A program made the position numbers and the translations under genes. A model generated the notes under the pieces. That model made no database searches and was not told the origin of the DNA. It worked only from the letters and a program-made list of their open reading frames with translations. A stretch of 64,000 nucleotides of DNA from Promethearchaeota archaeon. GTDB lineage: Archaea; Asgardarchaeota; Lokiarchaeia; Sigyniarchaeales; SOKP01. Positions 31,386-42,139 of the stretch are shown in pieces; within the stretch, counting starts at the first letter, position 1; each line of letters opens with the position of its first letter. The stretch spans positions 160,001-224,000 of the forward strand of contig JAEOUA010000006.1 in NCBI GenBank assembly GCA_016839555.1, given 5' to 3'.

Positions 31386-31554
31386 ATTAAAATTATTAAA
31401 ATATTAAAGTATTATCATATGAAAGTATAATTAAACGGTAGAATCAAGGATGGACAAAAAGGACATAAATAAAATCGAAAAAATAATAAAAGATCGAGAA
31501 AGCGGTAATAAATTCTTTATCTAAATAAGTTTAAATGTATATAGAGCCTTTTTG
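31386..31554 (+). pseudogene. Decayed duplicate of the promoter and 5' end of the CMD gene at 42130
   Basis: Near-identical to 42001-42073 and 42074-42234. ATG 31450 gives MDKKDINKIEKIIKDRESGNKFFI*. Confidence 0.85.
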
Positions 31555-31740
31555 CCTGTTTTATATTATCAATTTTTTTCTAATTTTCATATTTATTAAA
31601 TTTAACATAAGGAATTTAATTGAGTTTTAACCATATTAAGCAACTTTATATTAAACAAATCTTATGGAGACTAAGAGAAGTAAAAAGATTTGTTTCACTG
31701 TTTATTAATATACTTCACTTGTTAGCAGGGGATACTATAA

Positions 31741-32556
31741 TTATAATAACAGCTCAGCTTTGGATATAGGTTCAGCTTCCTGCCAATAATATTCAAAAAT
31801 TGCTTTTGACCACTCCGTAATATTGGTATCATTTTCAGCGAGCAAGCATTCAGAATAATCAATCTTTTTAGAATCAGAGAAAAACATTAGGACTCTGGAT
31901 TCTGTGATGAGTAGAACTATTTTGAGATCATTCAATTTACGGATGGTTTCAGGAATTCCTGCTTTACTACTTAATTTCTGAAAAACCTCTGGTTTTGGAC
32001 CTTCAATGTAATTTTCCCATTCCTCCGTTTGAACATATTTTTTGATTAACTTATCATGCATTATACTTCGAATAGCAATTTTCTTATTATTTATTTTTTC
32101 TTGGATAACTGGCAGATCAGTATCCAGCGCTTGTTCTGTAACGGACCAAATATATTCTTCGGCATCTCGTATAATTTGAGACCATAATTCAATATTCTCC
32201 ATTGTTTGGGTTTTTATTTTACAATTTTTCAAAATCCCCATATCTAATAAAAGATGTTTTGGAATAGCATTAATTTCATGAGAATTTATAAAATCTCGAA
32301 ATCTAATATTTACTTCAAAATAATCTAAAGCCTTATTGATCAAGTATCCAAAATTTGTCCGATAATAAGATTTATCTTGATTTTTCCTTATTAATTTATT
32401 TTTTAAAAGCCGTTTTACATGTCTGGTAATTTCTGGACCAGGAACTTCCATTTTTTTTTCAAGATCAGAGTGTCTATAAGTTTGATTGCATGTTTCTCTA
32501 AATATATTGTATCTTACTTCATGAGATAACTCAAAAAAAAGGTCATTAATTTTCAT
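31741..32556 (-). CDS. Archaeal wHTH transcriptional regulator (ArsR + DUF1724-like)
   Basis: LFFELSHEVRYNI...EITRHVKRLLKNKLI; C-terminal WSKAIFEYYWQEA. Confidence 0.75.
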   Translation of the reverse strand: MKINDLFFELSHEVRYNIFRETCNQTYRHSDLEKKMEVPGPEITRHVKRLLKNKLIRKNQDKSYYRTNFGYLINKALDYFEVNIRFRDFINSHEINAIPKHLLLDMGILKNCKIKTQTMENIELWSQIIRDAEEYIWSVTEQALDTDLPVIQEKINNKKIAIRSIMHDKLIKKYVQTEEWENYIEGPKPEVFQKLSSKAGIPETIRKLNDLKIVLLITESRVLMFFSDSKKIDYSECLLAENDTNITEWSKAIFEYYWQEAEPISKAELLL

Positions 32557-32831
32557 TTTAAATCATTTTGTAATTTTAATTTGATTCCAAATAACTATTA
32601 ACCCTTTAAACTATTTTAATCTTTTTTATCTTTTTAAAACAATTCTTGTAATTTATAATATTAACACCTAATCCTGTTTAGTTTATAACTTTGAGATGAT
32701 TCGGGTTTTTTTTAATGAATTCAATATTAATTAATTTTTAATGGAGAATTTATAAAAAAAGATCAATAATTATGTTTTTAAACGAAACTGAGATGTAAAT
32801 AAGGAAAAGAGTAAAAGATAAAAAAAAGGTA

Positions 32832-34067
32832 TTAATCTTTAAGGTGAATTTTATTTTGATTAACTTTTTCTAAAAATTCTATCAGAATTCTATAACAATC
32901 CCAGAGATTTTGAAAATCCAATTTATCGATAGTATCTTCTACTGTATGATAATGTGTTGCAAATCCTTTTTTTGGTGCCCCTATGATTGAGCAACAAGTA
33001 ATATTATTTTTAGAATATGCCATGGAATCTGTAAAAGCCGTTAGATTACCTATTGTATGTGAAATGTCTAAATCTGTCGCGATTTTAGACAATTCTTCGC
33101 CGAGATCTCTAGAAAGATGAACTAATGAGCGTAATTCCATAATATCTATTTTCAAATTAGAATCCTTGCCCCCAACCATATCAATATTAACCACAAGGGC
33201 ATCTTTCAATTCAGTAAAATGTTGTTTAGAAAAGCGTTTACTTCCTCGATCTCCAATTTCCTCACACCCATGTGAAACAAGCCAAACTTCAGTATTTTCT
33301 AATCCTCCTAAGGTGTTTAAGTACTTCGCAATTTCAAAAATAATAGCAGTAGACGTTAAATTGTCATTTGCTCCCATAACTGGTGTATATGAAACACATT
33401 TAATTATGGTATAAATTAGTAAAGGGATTAGGGTCGTCTGAATTATAATTAAACTTAAATCAACGGCGGGGATAAATATGAACGGAATTTCAAGTACGTA
33501 AAGTATTATTTTCAAGATGTAAATTCCAAGCAAAAGAAAGCTTAATATAACTGGTATTCCCATAATTTTAGTGAAATATTTTGGCCATCTTTTTAAAATT
33601 GGAAATTCCCAATTAGAATCATGATGACCTCCAATTAAAATGGTATGTTTAACTTCTTTTTTTGGTTTGAATTTCCCATATACATTAGTGGATTCTTTTG
33701 TTTTAAAAAGAGGATCTATTAATTCAATATTGCGCATTAGATTTGTTTGAATAATTATTACTGAGATCACCATCAATATTAATAAAATCAATAGAGCTAT
33801 GAGATTAGGATAAAAAAAGTAAATCCAATATATGACAGTAGCAAGTATTATATTTATCATGGGAATACGAAATGCCGCTCGATAGGAACCTGGATGACAA
33901 TAAAACTTTTCTATTACTGCATCATCAGTATACTTTTTAAAGGTTTCTAAGATAAATGTGGCGCATTCTGCTTCTTGTGTACTACATGGCGCTCTAGGAC
34001 CAATAGTATCACATACGGTTTGGATTGTTCTCTGCATTGAGTTTTTAATCTCTTCTTTTCCATTCAA
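32832..34067 (-). CDS. M28-family membrane metallopeptidase (copy 2)
   Basis: Close paralogue of 25895-27139 with the same motifs; TTG start after GGAGG. Confidence 0.85.
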   Translation of the reverse strand: MNGKEEIKNSMQRTIQTVCDTIGPRAPCSTQEAECATFILETFKKYTDDAVIEKFYCHPGSYRAAFRIPMINIILATVIYWIYFFYPNLIALLILLILMVISVIIIQTNLMRNIELIDPLFKTKESTNVYGKFKPKKEVKHTILIGGHHDSNWEFPILKRWPKYFTKIMGIPVILSFLLLGIYILKIILYVLEIPFIFIPAVDLSLIIIQTTLIPLLIYTIIKCVSYTPVMGANDNLTSTAIIFEIAKYLNTLGGLENTEVWLVSHGCEEIGDRGSKRFSKQHFTELKDALVVNIDMVGGKDSNLKIDIMELRSLVHLSRDLGEELSKIATDLDISHTIGNLTAFTDSMAYSKNNITCCSIIGAPKKGFATHYHTVEDTIDKLDFQNLWDCYRILIEFLEKVNQNKIHLKD

Positions 34068-34145
34068 GTATAAAATACCTCCAGTTTAAATTACTTTAAA
34101 AAAGAATAGAACTTAAAAAAAATTAAAAAAATGAAATTTTTAATT

Positions 34146-34583
34146 TTATCCCCAATAACCTAATTCTTTCATTATTTCCATCGCAAACTCAAAATAGTCT
34201 CCAAAAGCCATGGTATCTTCAGTATTACCCTCTATTTTCATCGATCCCCCCATATATGCTGCTGTCCCATCGACCTCTCCCACCATAACTCCTGATAAAG
34301 TTTTCCAATCTGATTCCATTGAAAATGTAGCATTTTCATTTTCTCCTTCACCATAATCAAATTTACCATCTCCAAGTGAAATCCACCAAGTAAAATCTTT
34401 ATCATTTAATTTCATTTGCGCTGTAACTCCCTCTAGAAAATTTAATTCTTCAACTAAATCTTCATTTTCTAATGAGACTTGTTTTATAAGTTCCATTAAT
34501 TTCAGCATATTTCTTGGTTCCTCAGACATTTTACCACTTTCTTTCATTTCTTTTAATTCTTTCGCTAAATTTTCATCAATCAT
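34146..34583 (-). CDS. SCP2 sterol/lipid-binding domain protein
   Basis: GEVDGTAAYMGGSMKIEGN. Confidence 0.8.
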   Translation of the reverse strand: MIDENLAKELKEMKESGKMSEEPRNMLKLMELIKQVSLENEDLVEELNFLEGVTAQMKLNDKDFTWWISLGDGKFDYGEGENENATFSMESDWKTLSGVMVGEVDGTAAYMGGSMKIEGNTEDTMAFGDYFEFAMEIMKELGYWG

Positions 34584-35165
34584 CTTTTTCTCCTTTTTTT
34601 CTGTTTTAATAACTTATTATTTTATTAAATATTTTTTTTCTTATTTATTCTATTTTCCATATTACAATTTTTTTCCTGTGAAGGAAAAGATTTGCTATTT
34701 TAGCTTTATTGTAATAATTGGAACCTAGTAATGAAATGAATTTTCTTTTATTCATGTAAATTCGAATATCTATTATTTAAATTGATGAGATTAAAATATA
34801 AAAAGATATCGTTAAAAATGGTTTTAATACAGAATTTAAATATATATTTAAAATTTTAAAGATTTCGTGAATAATTTCTAAGTTGCCCGTTCTTATTAAA
34901 TTATCAGAATATAGGAGATTTTATTTTATTAAAATTATTTTAAATTATTCAGTTCTATTTTAATTTTTTCTGAAAATCAAAATGAAAGGAGAAAAAGCAA
35001 AATCTGTTTGTTTATTAGTTTAATTAGTATTTTATGTTTTATTTAAAGATGGTTAAGTGATATATACTTAGTATTGATCTTAAGAAAACATTTAATAACT
35101 CAAGTAATATAATTTTATATATAATCATTTTACGAAATAAATAAAACGGATCAAAGGTTAAATCA

Positions 35166-35945
35166 ATGAAACTTGATGGTAAGATATTTATAATAACTGG
35201 AGCTGCTGAGGGAATAGGGGCTGCTATTTCAAGATTATTATCAGAGAATAATGCTAAATTGGTTTTAGCAGATTTAGAGAAACCAGATCTTCAGTTGGAT
35301 AATTCAATATCAATTCAATATGATCCATTATCATTAAAAGAAGTACAAGCTGTGGTTTTAGAAGCAGTAAATCATTTTGGGCCTAAAATTGATGGTATCA
35401 TCAATACCATTAGCACATGTCTCGTACGACCAGTATCAAAATCAGAAGTAAATAATTGGGATTATCAAATGGATTTTAATTTTAAAAGTGTTTTTTTCTT
35501 AAACCAAGCATTAGCTAGACAAATGATTGAAAATGGGAATGGAGGAGTATTTCTAAACTTGGCAACGACCGCAGCCTTATCGGGAGCTAGTAATATAGCG
35601 GCATATTCAGCAAGCCAAGCTGCGATTATGAATCTATCTAACACTATGGCATTAGAATTAAGGGAATATAATATCCGTTCTAATTGTCTTATTATTCCTT
35701 ATATAGAAGCCACCGCAATTAAATATGGCGAATTATTTTATGGCAAAGATCCAGAAAGAATACGTCCTATGGCCTATACATTTTCGCCGATGATGGAATT
35801 AATTGAACCATCTGAAGTTGCAAAGATCGTTCTATTTTTAGTCTCAGAGGATTCACAAGTAATGAATGGGCAGACTATTGGAATTTTAGATGACGAATTA
35901 ACAAACATAAGAAATATATTAAACAGAATAAGATTAAAAGGGTGA
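35166..35945 (+). CDS. Short-chain dehydrogenase/reductase with atypical catalytic motif
   Basis: TGAAEGIG; YSASQ in place of YxxxK. Confidence 0.85.
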   Translation: MKLDGKIFIITGAAEGIGAAISRLLSENNAKLVLADLEKPDLQLDNSISIQYDPLSLKEVQAVVLEAVNHFGPKIDGIINTISTCLVRPVSKSEVNNWDYQMDFNFKSVFFLNQALARQMIENGNGGVFLNLATTAALSGASNIAAYSASQAAIMNLSNTMALELREYNIRSNCLIIPYIEATAIKYGELFYGKDPERIRPMAYTFSPMMELIEPSEVAKIVLFLVSEDSQVMNGQTIGILDDELTNIRNILNRIRLKG

Positions 35946-36727
35946 AATATATGAGATTAGAGGATAAAATTATAATAGTAACAGGAGCAGGTTCTGGGAT
36001 TGGAAAGGGAATAAGCATAAAACTTGCTCAAGAAGGAGCACATATTATTGTTGCTGATATTAATGAAGATGCCGCTAATGAAACAGCTGAAGAAATAAAA
36101 AAAATCGGACGGGAAGCTCTTGTAATTAAAATAGATGTTTCAGATAAAGATAGTGTTAAAACCTTGGTTGATAAAACTATAGAGAAATTTAATAGAATTG
36201 ATATAGCTGTTAGTAATGCAGGAGTCTCTAGGATGGCTAAATTTGTAGATATTACGGAAAAAGATTATGATTTCAATTTAGATATTAATGCGAAAGGAGG
36301 ATTTCTTGTTTCCAAATATGTTTCCGAAGTAATGAAAAAACAAGAATCAGGGAAGATTATTTTCACGATTAGCATGGCTGGAAAATGTGGAAGTCCTTTA
36401 TATGCCCATTATAATAGTTCCAAAGCAGCTCTTCTTTCTTACATGCAAGCATTGGCAATGGAATTAGCTCCCAATATTACGGTGAATGGTGTGTGTCCCG
36501 GATTAGTTCAGACTTCGATGCAAGAAAGAGAAATAAAATGGAGTGCTGAACTCCAGGGAATAAGTGAGGATTTGGTTAAATCTCAATATCTTTCCGGAGT
36601 ACCTCTTCAAAAGCTTGAGACAGCTAATGATGTTGCTAACTTAGTAACATTTCTAGCTTCAGAAGAAGGAGATTATATAACTGGACAAGCTATTAATGTT
36701 ACCGGTGGAATGATTTTAAGAAGATAA
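35942..36727 (+). CDS. Short-chain dehydrogenase/reductase (polyol/sugar dehydrogenase-like)
   Basis: TGAGSGIG, SNAG, YNSSK, ITGQAINVTGG. Confidence 0.9.
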   Translation: MKYMRLEDKIIIVTGAGSGIGKGISIKLAQEGAHIIVADINEDAANETAEEIKKIGREALVIKIDVSDKDSVKTLVDKTIEKFNRIDIAVSNAGVSRMAKFVDITEKDYDFNLDINAKGGFLVSKYVSEVMKKQESGKIIFTISMAGKCGSPLYAHYNSSKAALLSYMQALAMELAPNITVNGVCPGLVQTSMQEREIKWSAELQGISEDLVKSQYLSGVPLQKLETANDVANLVTFLASEEGDYITGQAINVTGGMILRR

Positions 36728-36765
36728 AATAAATATAAAAATTTAAAAAATAAAGTGAAAAAAAA

Positions 36766-37566
36766 ATGTTTGATATTTCAAATAAGAAAATAGTTGATTT
36801 ATCTCGGATGATGGATCCAACAGATCCTCTCCATGCCAGAGAAACACAATGGAGGAAGCAAAGAGGGAATATCCCTCCAGCATATATCCCAGAAGAGGAG
36901 ATTAAAGTAGAACCCTATATTTTTATGGCTGATAGATGTATGTGTGAATGGTTAACAATGTGGAGTCATGCAGGAACACATCTTGAGGTTTCAATTCATT
37001 GTTATGTTCATGGAGCAACAGAAATTCCTAACAAAATGATGTATAGTATTGGTGAAGTTCCTTTAGATGATCTCTGTGGTGAGGGATATGCTGTGGACCT
37101 TACATTTGTAGGAGAGGAAAAAAGAGCAACTGATCCGAATGTCATAACGGATCGATTAGAACGACTTAGTGTATGTGGTCCTCAAGTTCTTCCTGAAGAT
37201 ATTGAAGAATGGGAGGAGAGGAACAATACTCATATTGAAAAAGGTGATATCGTTTTTCTTCATACTCAACTTGAAATTCCTGATATTCCTATTATTCCTA
37301 AAGAAACTTGTAGCTATTTAGTCCGAAGAAGAAAAATAAAAATGATAGGAACAGATGACCACACGATTATTTATGGGGGATTAGGGCATATGTTCCTACA
37401 TGAACGTCGAATGCCAGTCGTTGAGATGTTAACTAATTTAGATAAGATTGGCAATCAAAGAGCTTATTTTGTTGTTTCACCATTGCCTATAAAGGGAATT
37501 GGAGGCTCTCCCTCTCGAGTATTTGCTTATGTGGACGAAATCATAGAAAAAGAAGAAGCAGAATAA
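36766..37566 (+). CDS. Cyclase/kynurenine formamidase-family metallohydrolase
   Basis: HAGTHLEVSIH, IGTD, VEMLTNL, PLPIKGIGGSPSRVFA. Confidence 0.8.
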   Translation: MFDISNKKIVDLSRMMDPTDPLHARETQWRKQRGNIPPAYIPEEEIKVEPYIFMADRCMCEWLTMWSHAGTHLEVSIHCYVHGATEIPNKMMYSIGEVPLDDLCGEGYAVDLTFVGEEKRATDPNVITDRLERLSVCGPQVLPEDIEEWEERNNTHIEKGDIVFLHTQLEIPDIPIIPKETCSYLVRRRKIKMIGTDDHTIIYGGLGHMFLHERRMPVVEMLTNLDKIGNQRAYFVVSPLPIKGIGGSPSRVFAYVDEIIEKEEAE

Positions 37567-37650
37567 AATCTATTTTTTTTTTTTTTTAATTTTAATATAA
37601 GTTTTACTAAAAATATATATAAGAATAATAATAAAAATATGTGATTTGAA

Positions 37651-38322
37651 ATGACGGAATTCATTTTCATGTTAACATATGATGATGTTACCAGAAAAGA
37701 TGCGATTGAAATTTATGAGGGAATTAGAAATATTGAGGATTTAAAATTCGTTGGCTTCAAGAATATTGGTTTGAAAATGGGTGAATATGAGAGATTAGTT
37801 AATATGATGAAAGAGGATGGAAAAACAATTTTTTTAGAAGTGGTTTCTGATTCTGAAGAAGAATCCATAAAATCTGCCAAAGTTGGATTGGAATTTGGAG
37901 TAGATTGCTTAATAGGTACTATGAAACCCTATATTGATGCCTCTCTTAAATACATTAAAGGAAAACCAATAAAATTTATGCCTTATATCGGAGATGTGGT
38001 GGATCATCCTTGTATCTTAAAAGGAACAATTGAAGAAATGCAAGAGGATGCTAAAGAAGTAGAGGTTAAGGGAGTAGATGGAATCAATCTTTTAGCTTAT
38101 CGGCATCAAACGATCGACGTGGAAGAATTAATTAAAAGAGTAATGGATGTAATGAGGACTGAGCTGATTGTCGCAGGAAGTATCAAAACTCCCGAACAAA
38201 TAAAAAAAATGGATGAATTAAATGTCTGGGCCTTCACTATTGGAACGGCAATCTTTGATAAGAAATTCGTTCCCGAAGGATCCTATGCGGATAACATCAA
38301 AAAAGTATTAAGTTTTATTTAA
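37651..38322 (+). CDS. Ribulose-phosphate-binding TIM-barrel protein, function unknown
   Basis: FIFMLT, VGFKNIG, FLEVVS, GINLLAYR, IVAGSI, FTIGTAIF. Confidence 0.65.
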   Translation: MTEFIFMLTYDDVTRKDAIEIYEGIRNIEDLKFVGFKNIGLKMGEYERLVNMMKEDGKTIFLEVVSDSEEESIKSAKVGLEFGVDCLIGTMKPYIDASLKYIKGKPIKFMPYIGDVVDHPCILKGTIEEMQEDAKEVEVKGVDGINLLAYRHQTIDVEELIKRVMDVMRTELIVAGSIKTPEQIKKMDELNVWAFTIGTAIFDKKFVPEGSYADNIKKVLSFI

Positions 38323-38346
38323 TAATTACAAGGAGAAGATTTAAAC

Positions 38347-39726
38347 ATGTCAGAAAAATCTCAAAAAAAATTAACAAAATTGGCATATGGTATAGGCTCC
38401 ATCGCAGATACTGGATCATATTCAATTATAAGTACATTTTTACTTTTCTTTTTAACTGATGTGGTCTATCTTAACGCATGGCTTTCGGCATTAATTTATA
38501 TGTTATCATATGGCGTCTGGAATGCTATAAATGATCCCATCGTAGGCGTTTTATCCGATCGCACACATACACGATGGGGGCGCAGAAAACCATGGATAAT
38601 GGTTGGCGCTCCACTATGTTTATTATTTTATATTTTAATATGGGGACCGCCTGTGGGCATTGGTTCTATAGGTATTTTCTTTTTCATGTTAATTGTTGTT
38701 GCGGGTTATGAATTTGCATATAGCATGGCTGCGGTCACTTGGTTTGCGGTTTTTCCAGAGGTATGGGTCACCGTAGAGCAGAGAAGTGAAATTGTCATAT
38801 ATAGACAAGTCTTTGCTATTATAGGGGGTGCTCTAGCCGTAGGGCTCTTTCCTGTCATTCAAGTAACATTTTCTGAATCTTACGGGGAATTAAGTGGGTG
38901 GACTTGGGCTGGAACTATTCTTGGAATAATATTTACCATCTGTTTTTTAATTTCATTATTAGGAATTAAGGAGAGAAAAGAATATTCATTAGATAAACAA
39001 ATGTCATTATTTAAATCCATCAAAACATCCTTAAAAAATAAATCTCTCCTCACCTACATGGTCATCGATCTTATGACATGGAGTATGTTTGGTTGGATGG
39101 GGGCTATAGCACCATTCTTTATTACCCACTCACTTGGTTTAGGTTTAGAAATAGTTTCTCTCATCATGATTCCAAATATGCTTGCTACAATCATCTTTTT
39201 TGCTCCATGGAGAAAAATTTATATTCGATATGGGCCCAAGAAAACGTTAGCCGTAAGTTGTATAGCTCAAATATTAGTATATTTGATGGTTTTTGTTATA
39301 AATGATATATTAGGGCTAGTTTTATGGGGTTTTTTCTTAGGATTGAGTACCGCAGGAATTTTAATAGCTCGTGAGGTTATGATGGGAGATGTTGTAGATG
39401 AAGATGAGATTAAGACCGGCATTAGAAGGGAAGGATCATATTTTGGATTCATGATAATGGTTGAAAAATTTTCGTTAGTATTGATTGGCCTATTCACGGC
39501 AATACTATTGGATGTGATTATAGGATATGATCCAAAGCTACCAGATCCTCCAATGATGGACCTCTATATTCGAATAGGAATGGTAATAATGATTGGAATT
39601 TTTACTATAATACTCATAGTCTTTTTGAAATTATATCCTTTAAACAAGGATAAAGTTGCTGGCATTCATGAAAAAGTTGAGATATTGCATAAAGAGAAAA
39701 AGGAACGATTAAAGAGTATTAATTAA
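38347..39726 (+). CDS. GPH (MelB-like) MFS sugar transporter
   Basis: WNAINDPIVGVLSDRTHTRWGRRKPW; DEDEIKTGIRREG; about 12 TM segments. Confidence 0.9.
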   Translation: MSEKSQKKLTKLAYGIGSIADTGSYSIISTFLLFFLTDVVYLNAWLSALIYMLSYGVWNAINDPIVGVLSDRTHTRWGRRKPWIMVGAPLCLLFYILIWGPPVGIGSIGIFFFMLIVVAGYEFAYSMAAVTWFAVFPEVWVTVEQRSEIVIYRQVFAIIGGALAVGLFPVIQVTFSESYGELSGWTWAGTILGIIFTICFLISLLGIKERKEYSLDKQMSLFKSIKTSLKNKSLLTYMVIDLMTWSMFGWMGAIAPFFITHSLGLGLEIVSLIMIPNMLATIIFFAPWRKIYIRYGPKKTLAVSCIAQILVYLMVFVINDILGLVLWGFFLGLSTAGILIAREVMMGDVVDEDEIKTGIRREGSYFGFMIMVEKFSLVLIGLFTAILLDVIIGYDPKLPDPPMMDLYIRIGMVIMIGIFTIILIVFLKLYPLNKDKVAGIHEKVEILHKEKKERLKSIN

Positions 39727-39751
39727 AAAAAATAATTGAGGTGTAATTATT

Positions 39752-40084
39752 TTGGGTGAAATTAAAATCATTCGAAAAGAAGAAGCTAAGGATTGGTATG
39801 AAGATGATGAGTTGTGCCGTCTTTACCGCGAAGATGAAGATATGGTATTTGGAACTTCTTATTTAGGACCAAATGAAATAGGTGCGGTTGATCCAGGCCA
39901 TGAAAATGGAAGAGAAGTTTTTTTCTGTGCCACGGGAAAAGTAATCGTTGAATTTTCTAAAGATAAGACCGAATTAAGCGCAGGAGATGCTGTAATTATT
40001 CCGAAGAGGGAGCCTCATAAGTTAATCAATAAATTCAATGAGCCAACTCTAATCGTATGGTCATTGGCTCCACCAGATAAATAA
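39752..40084 (+). CDS. Cupin-domain protein
   Basis: H...EVFFCATG...GDAVIIP...H. Confidence 0.8.
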   Translation: MGEIKIIRKEEAKDWYEDDELCRLYREDEDMVFGTSYLGPNEIGAVDPGHENGREVFFCATGKVIVEFSKDKTELSAGDAVIIPKREPHKLINKFNEPTLIVWSLAPPDK

Positions 40085-40096
40085 GGGATGAGATGA

Positions 40097-41635
40097 ATGG
40101 GAGAATATATACTTACTTTAGACGCGGGTACTACGGCTTCAAAAATTTCATTATTTGATACACAAGGAAACTTAAAAAGCATTTCTACTCATGAATATGA
40201 ATTATTGACGCCAACAGCTCTTTCTGTAGAACTTCCAGCTGAGAAATTTTGGGAAGCTTTCAAGTTGGGAACCCAAGATGTTCTAAAAAACTCAAGGATT
40301 AATCCAGCAGATATTAAAGCTTTCAGCTTATCTGCGCAAGGAGAAACTCTAATTTTAATTGACAAAGAAGGAAAGCCCTTGCGTAATGCTATTTCATGGA
40401 TGGATAATCGTGCTCAAAAACAAGCTGAGACTCTTTCTCAAGAATTTTCAAATGAGGAAGTATACAAAATCACAGGACAGGTATCGATAGTTCCCACTTG
40501 GCCTGCATCAAAACTTCTTTGGATAAAACAAAATGAGCCTCAAATTTTCGAAAAAATACATAAAGTCTTATTAGTGGAAGATTATTTGATTTGGAAGTTA
40601 ACCGGACAATTTGCTTGTGAAGGTTCCTTAATTTGTTCCACGGTTTATTGGAATATTTCGAAAGAAAACTGGTGGAATGAAATGTTAGAGTATTTAGGTC
40701 TTTCTTATGGGCAATTACCAGAAATAAAATATTCTGGAGAATCAGTAGGAACCATAACAGCAAGTGCCGCCAAAGAACTAGGTCTAAGTAATAATGTAAT
40801 TGTTTCTATGGGTGCTCTTGATCAGGCTTGTGGAACTATCGGGGTTGGGAATGTTAAGCCAGGAATATTTACGGAAAACACGGGTGCAGCATTAGCAATT
40901 TGCGCAACTCAAGACAAAAACACACCTACTTTCGATACTAAAAGAAGAATGCCAGTACATTATCATGGATTACCGAAAAGATACATGTTTCATACTTTTA
41001 CCACTGGCGGGATGGTTCTTCGTTGGTATAGGGACAAATTTTGTCAAGAGGAGATAAAAATTGCCAAAGAAAAATATGTTGATCCGTATGATTTAATTGG
41101 AGAAATGGTTGCTGAGGTACCCGCAGGTTGCGATGGGTTAGTGATGCTCCCCCATTTACAAGGTGCTATGGCTCCAGAGGATAATCCAAAGGCAAGAGGT
41201 GTTTTTTATGGATTTACTTTAAAACATGGAAGAGCTCATTTTTCCAGAGCAATAATGGAAGCAATTGCGTTTATCGTACGGAGAAATTTAGATATTATAC
41301 AAGATCTAAATATCTCAGTAAATGAAATCCGTGTTTTAGGAGGAGGTGCTCGAAGTGATGTATGGAATCAAATTAAGGCAGATGTTACCGGAAAAACTTT
41401 GGCAAGGACCGTTAATGAAGAGGCTGCATGTCTTGGAGCAGCCATCTTTGCTGGAAAAGGTGCTGGTATTTATTCCAGCATCGAGGATGCAGCTAACCAA
41501 ATGGTTTCTATAAAACAGAGATATGAACCAAACCAAGCAAACAGAGAAATTTATGATGAAGCTTATAAGAAATATATTAAATTATACGAAGATTTGATAG
41601 ATATGTTTTCTTTAGAAAAAGAGTTAAAGGAATAA
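40097..41635 (+). CDS. FGGY-family carbohydrate kinase (xylulokinase-like)
   Basis: LDAGTTASK, WMDNRA, GALDQAC, GGGARSDVWNQIKAD. Confidence 0.9.
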   Translation: MGEYILTLDAGTTASKISLFDTQGNLKSISTHEYELLTPTALSVELPAEKFWEAFKLGTQDVLKNSRINPADIKAFSLSAQGETLILIDKEGKPLRNAISWMDNRAQKQAETLSQEFSNEEVYKITGQVSIVPTWPASKLLWIKQNEPQIFEKIHKVLLVEDYLIWKLTGQFACEGSLICSTVYWNISKENWWNEMLEYLGLSYGQLPEIKYSGESVGTITASAAKELGLSNNVIVSMGALDQACGTIGVGNVKPGIFTENTGAALAICATQDKNTPTFDTKRRMPVHYHGLPKRYMFHTFTTGGMVLRWYRDKFCQEEIKIAKEKYVDPYDLIGEMVAEVPAGCDGLVMLPHLQGAMAPEDNPKARGVFYGFTLKHGRAHFSRAIMEAIAFIVRRNLDIIQDLNISVNEIRVLGGGARSDVWNQIKADVTGKTLARTVNEEAACLGAAIFAGKGAGIYSSIEDAANQMVSIKQRYEPNQANREIYDEAYKKYIKLYEDLIDMFSLEKELKE

Positions 41636-41816
41636 TCAAAATTTTTAATTATTTTTTTTTATCTTTTATTTTATTCTGTTGCGAATTATATATAATGAGT
41701 ATATTTATATCTGGTATATAATATCTCTTCTTTATTCCAAGAACCAAATTAAATGATTAACCAAACCAGACATTAAGTTAATTTTTTGAAAATTGAGAAA
41801 TAAAAAAAAAGATTTA

Positions 41817-42002
41817 TTAGTATAAATCATTAATTACAAATTCTAAATCAAGATCTTGGAGCGTATTTTCTAATGGATATCCATTTTTAGGATTCCATCC
41901 AAATTTTTCACACAGTTTTTTATAATTTTCCTTATACTCTACAGTAATTCCTTCATTTGGACCACTAGTTTGCGGAGGATCACCGATAGATCTCCCAGGC
42001 AT
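41817..42002 (-). pseudogene. Orphan C-terminal fragment of an aldehyde:ferredoxin oxidoreductase
   Basis: PGRSIGDPPQTSGPNEG...FGWNPKNGYPLENTLQDLDL resembles an AOR C-terminus. The 5' part is missing, cut where the repeat starts at 42001. Confidence 0.7.
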
Positions 42003-42008
42003 TAAAAT

Positions 42009-42139
42009 TATTAAAATATTAAAGTATTATCATATGAAAGTATATTAAAAGGTAGAATCAAGGATGGACAAAATATTAAAATATTAAAGTATTATCATAT
42101 GAAAGTATAATTAAAAGGTAGAATTAAGGATGGACAAAA
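42009..42139 (+). repeat. Tandem duplication (65 + 66 bp) of the CMD promoter/start region
   Basis: TATTAAAATATTAAAGTATTATCATATGAAAGTAT(A)ATTAAAAGGTAGAAT(C/T)AAGGATGGACAAAA at 42009-42073 and 42074-42139. Confidence 0.9.

Noticed and set aside
35054-35070. Near-palindrome TAAGT-N7-ACTTA upstream of the sugar operon
   Set aside because: Short and AT-rich, so expected by chance at this base composition.
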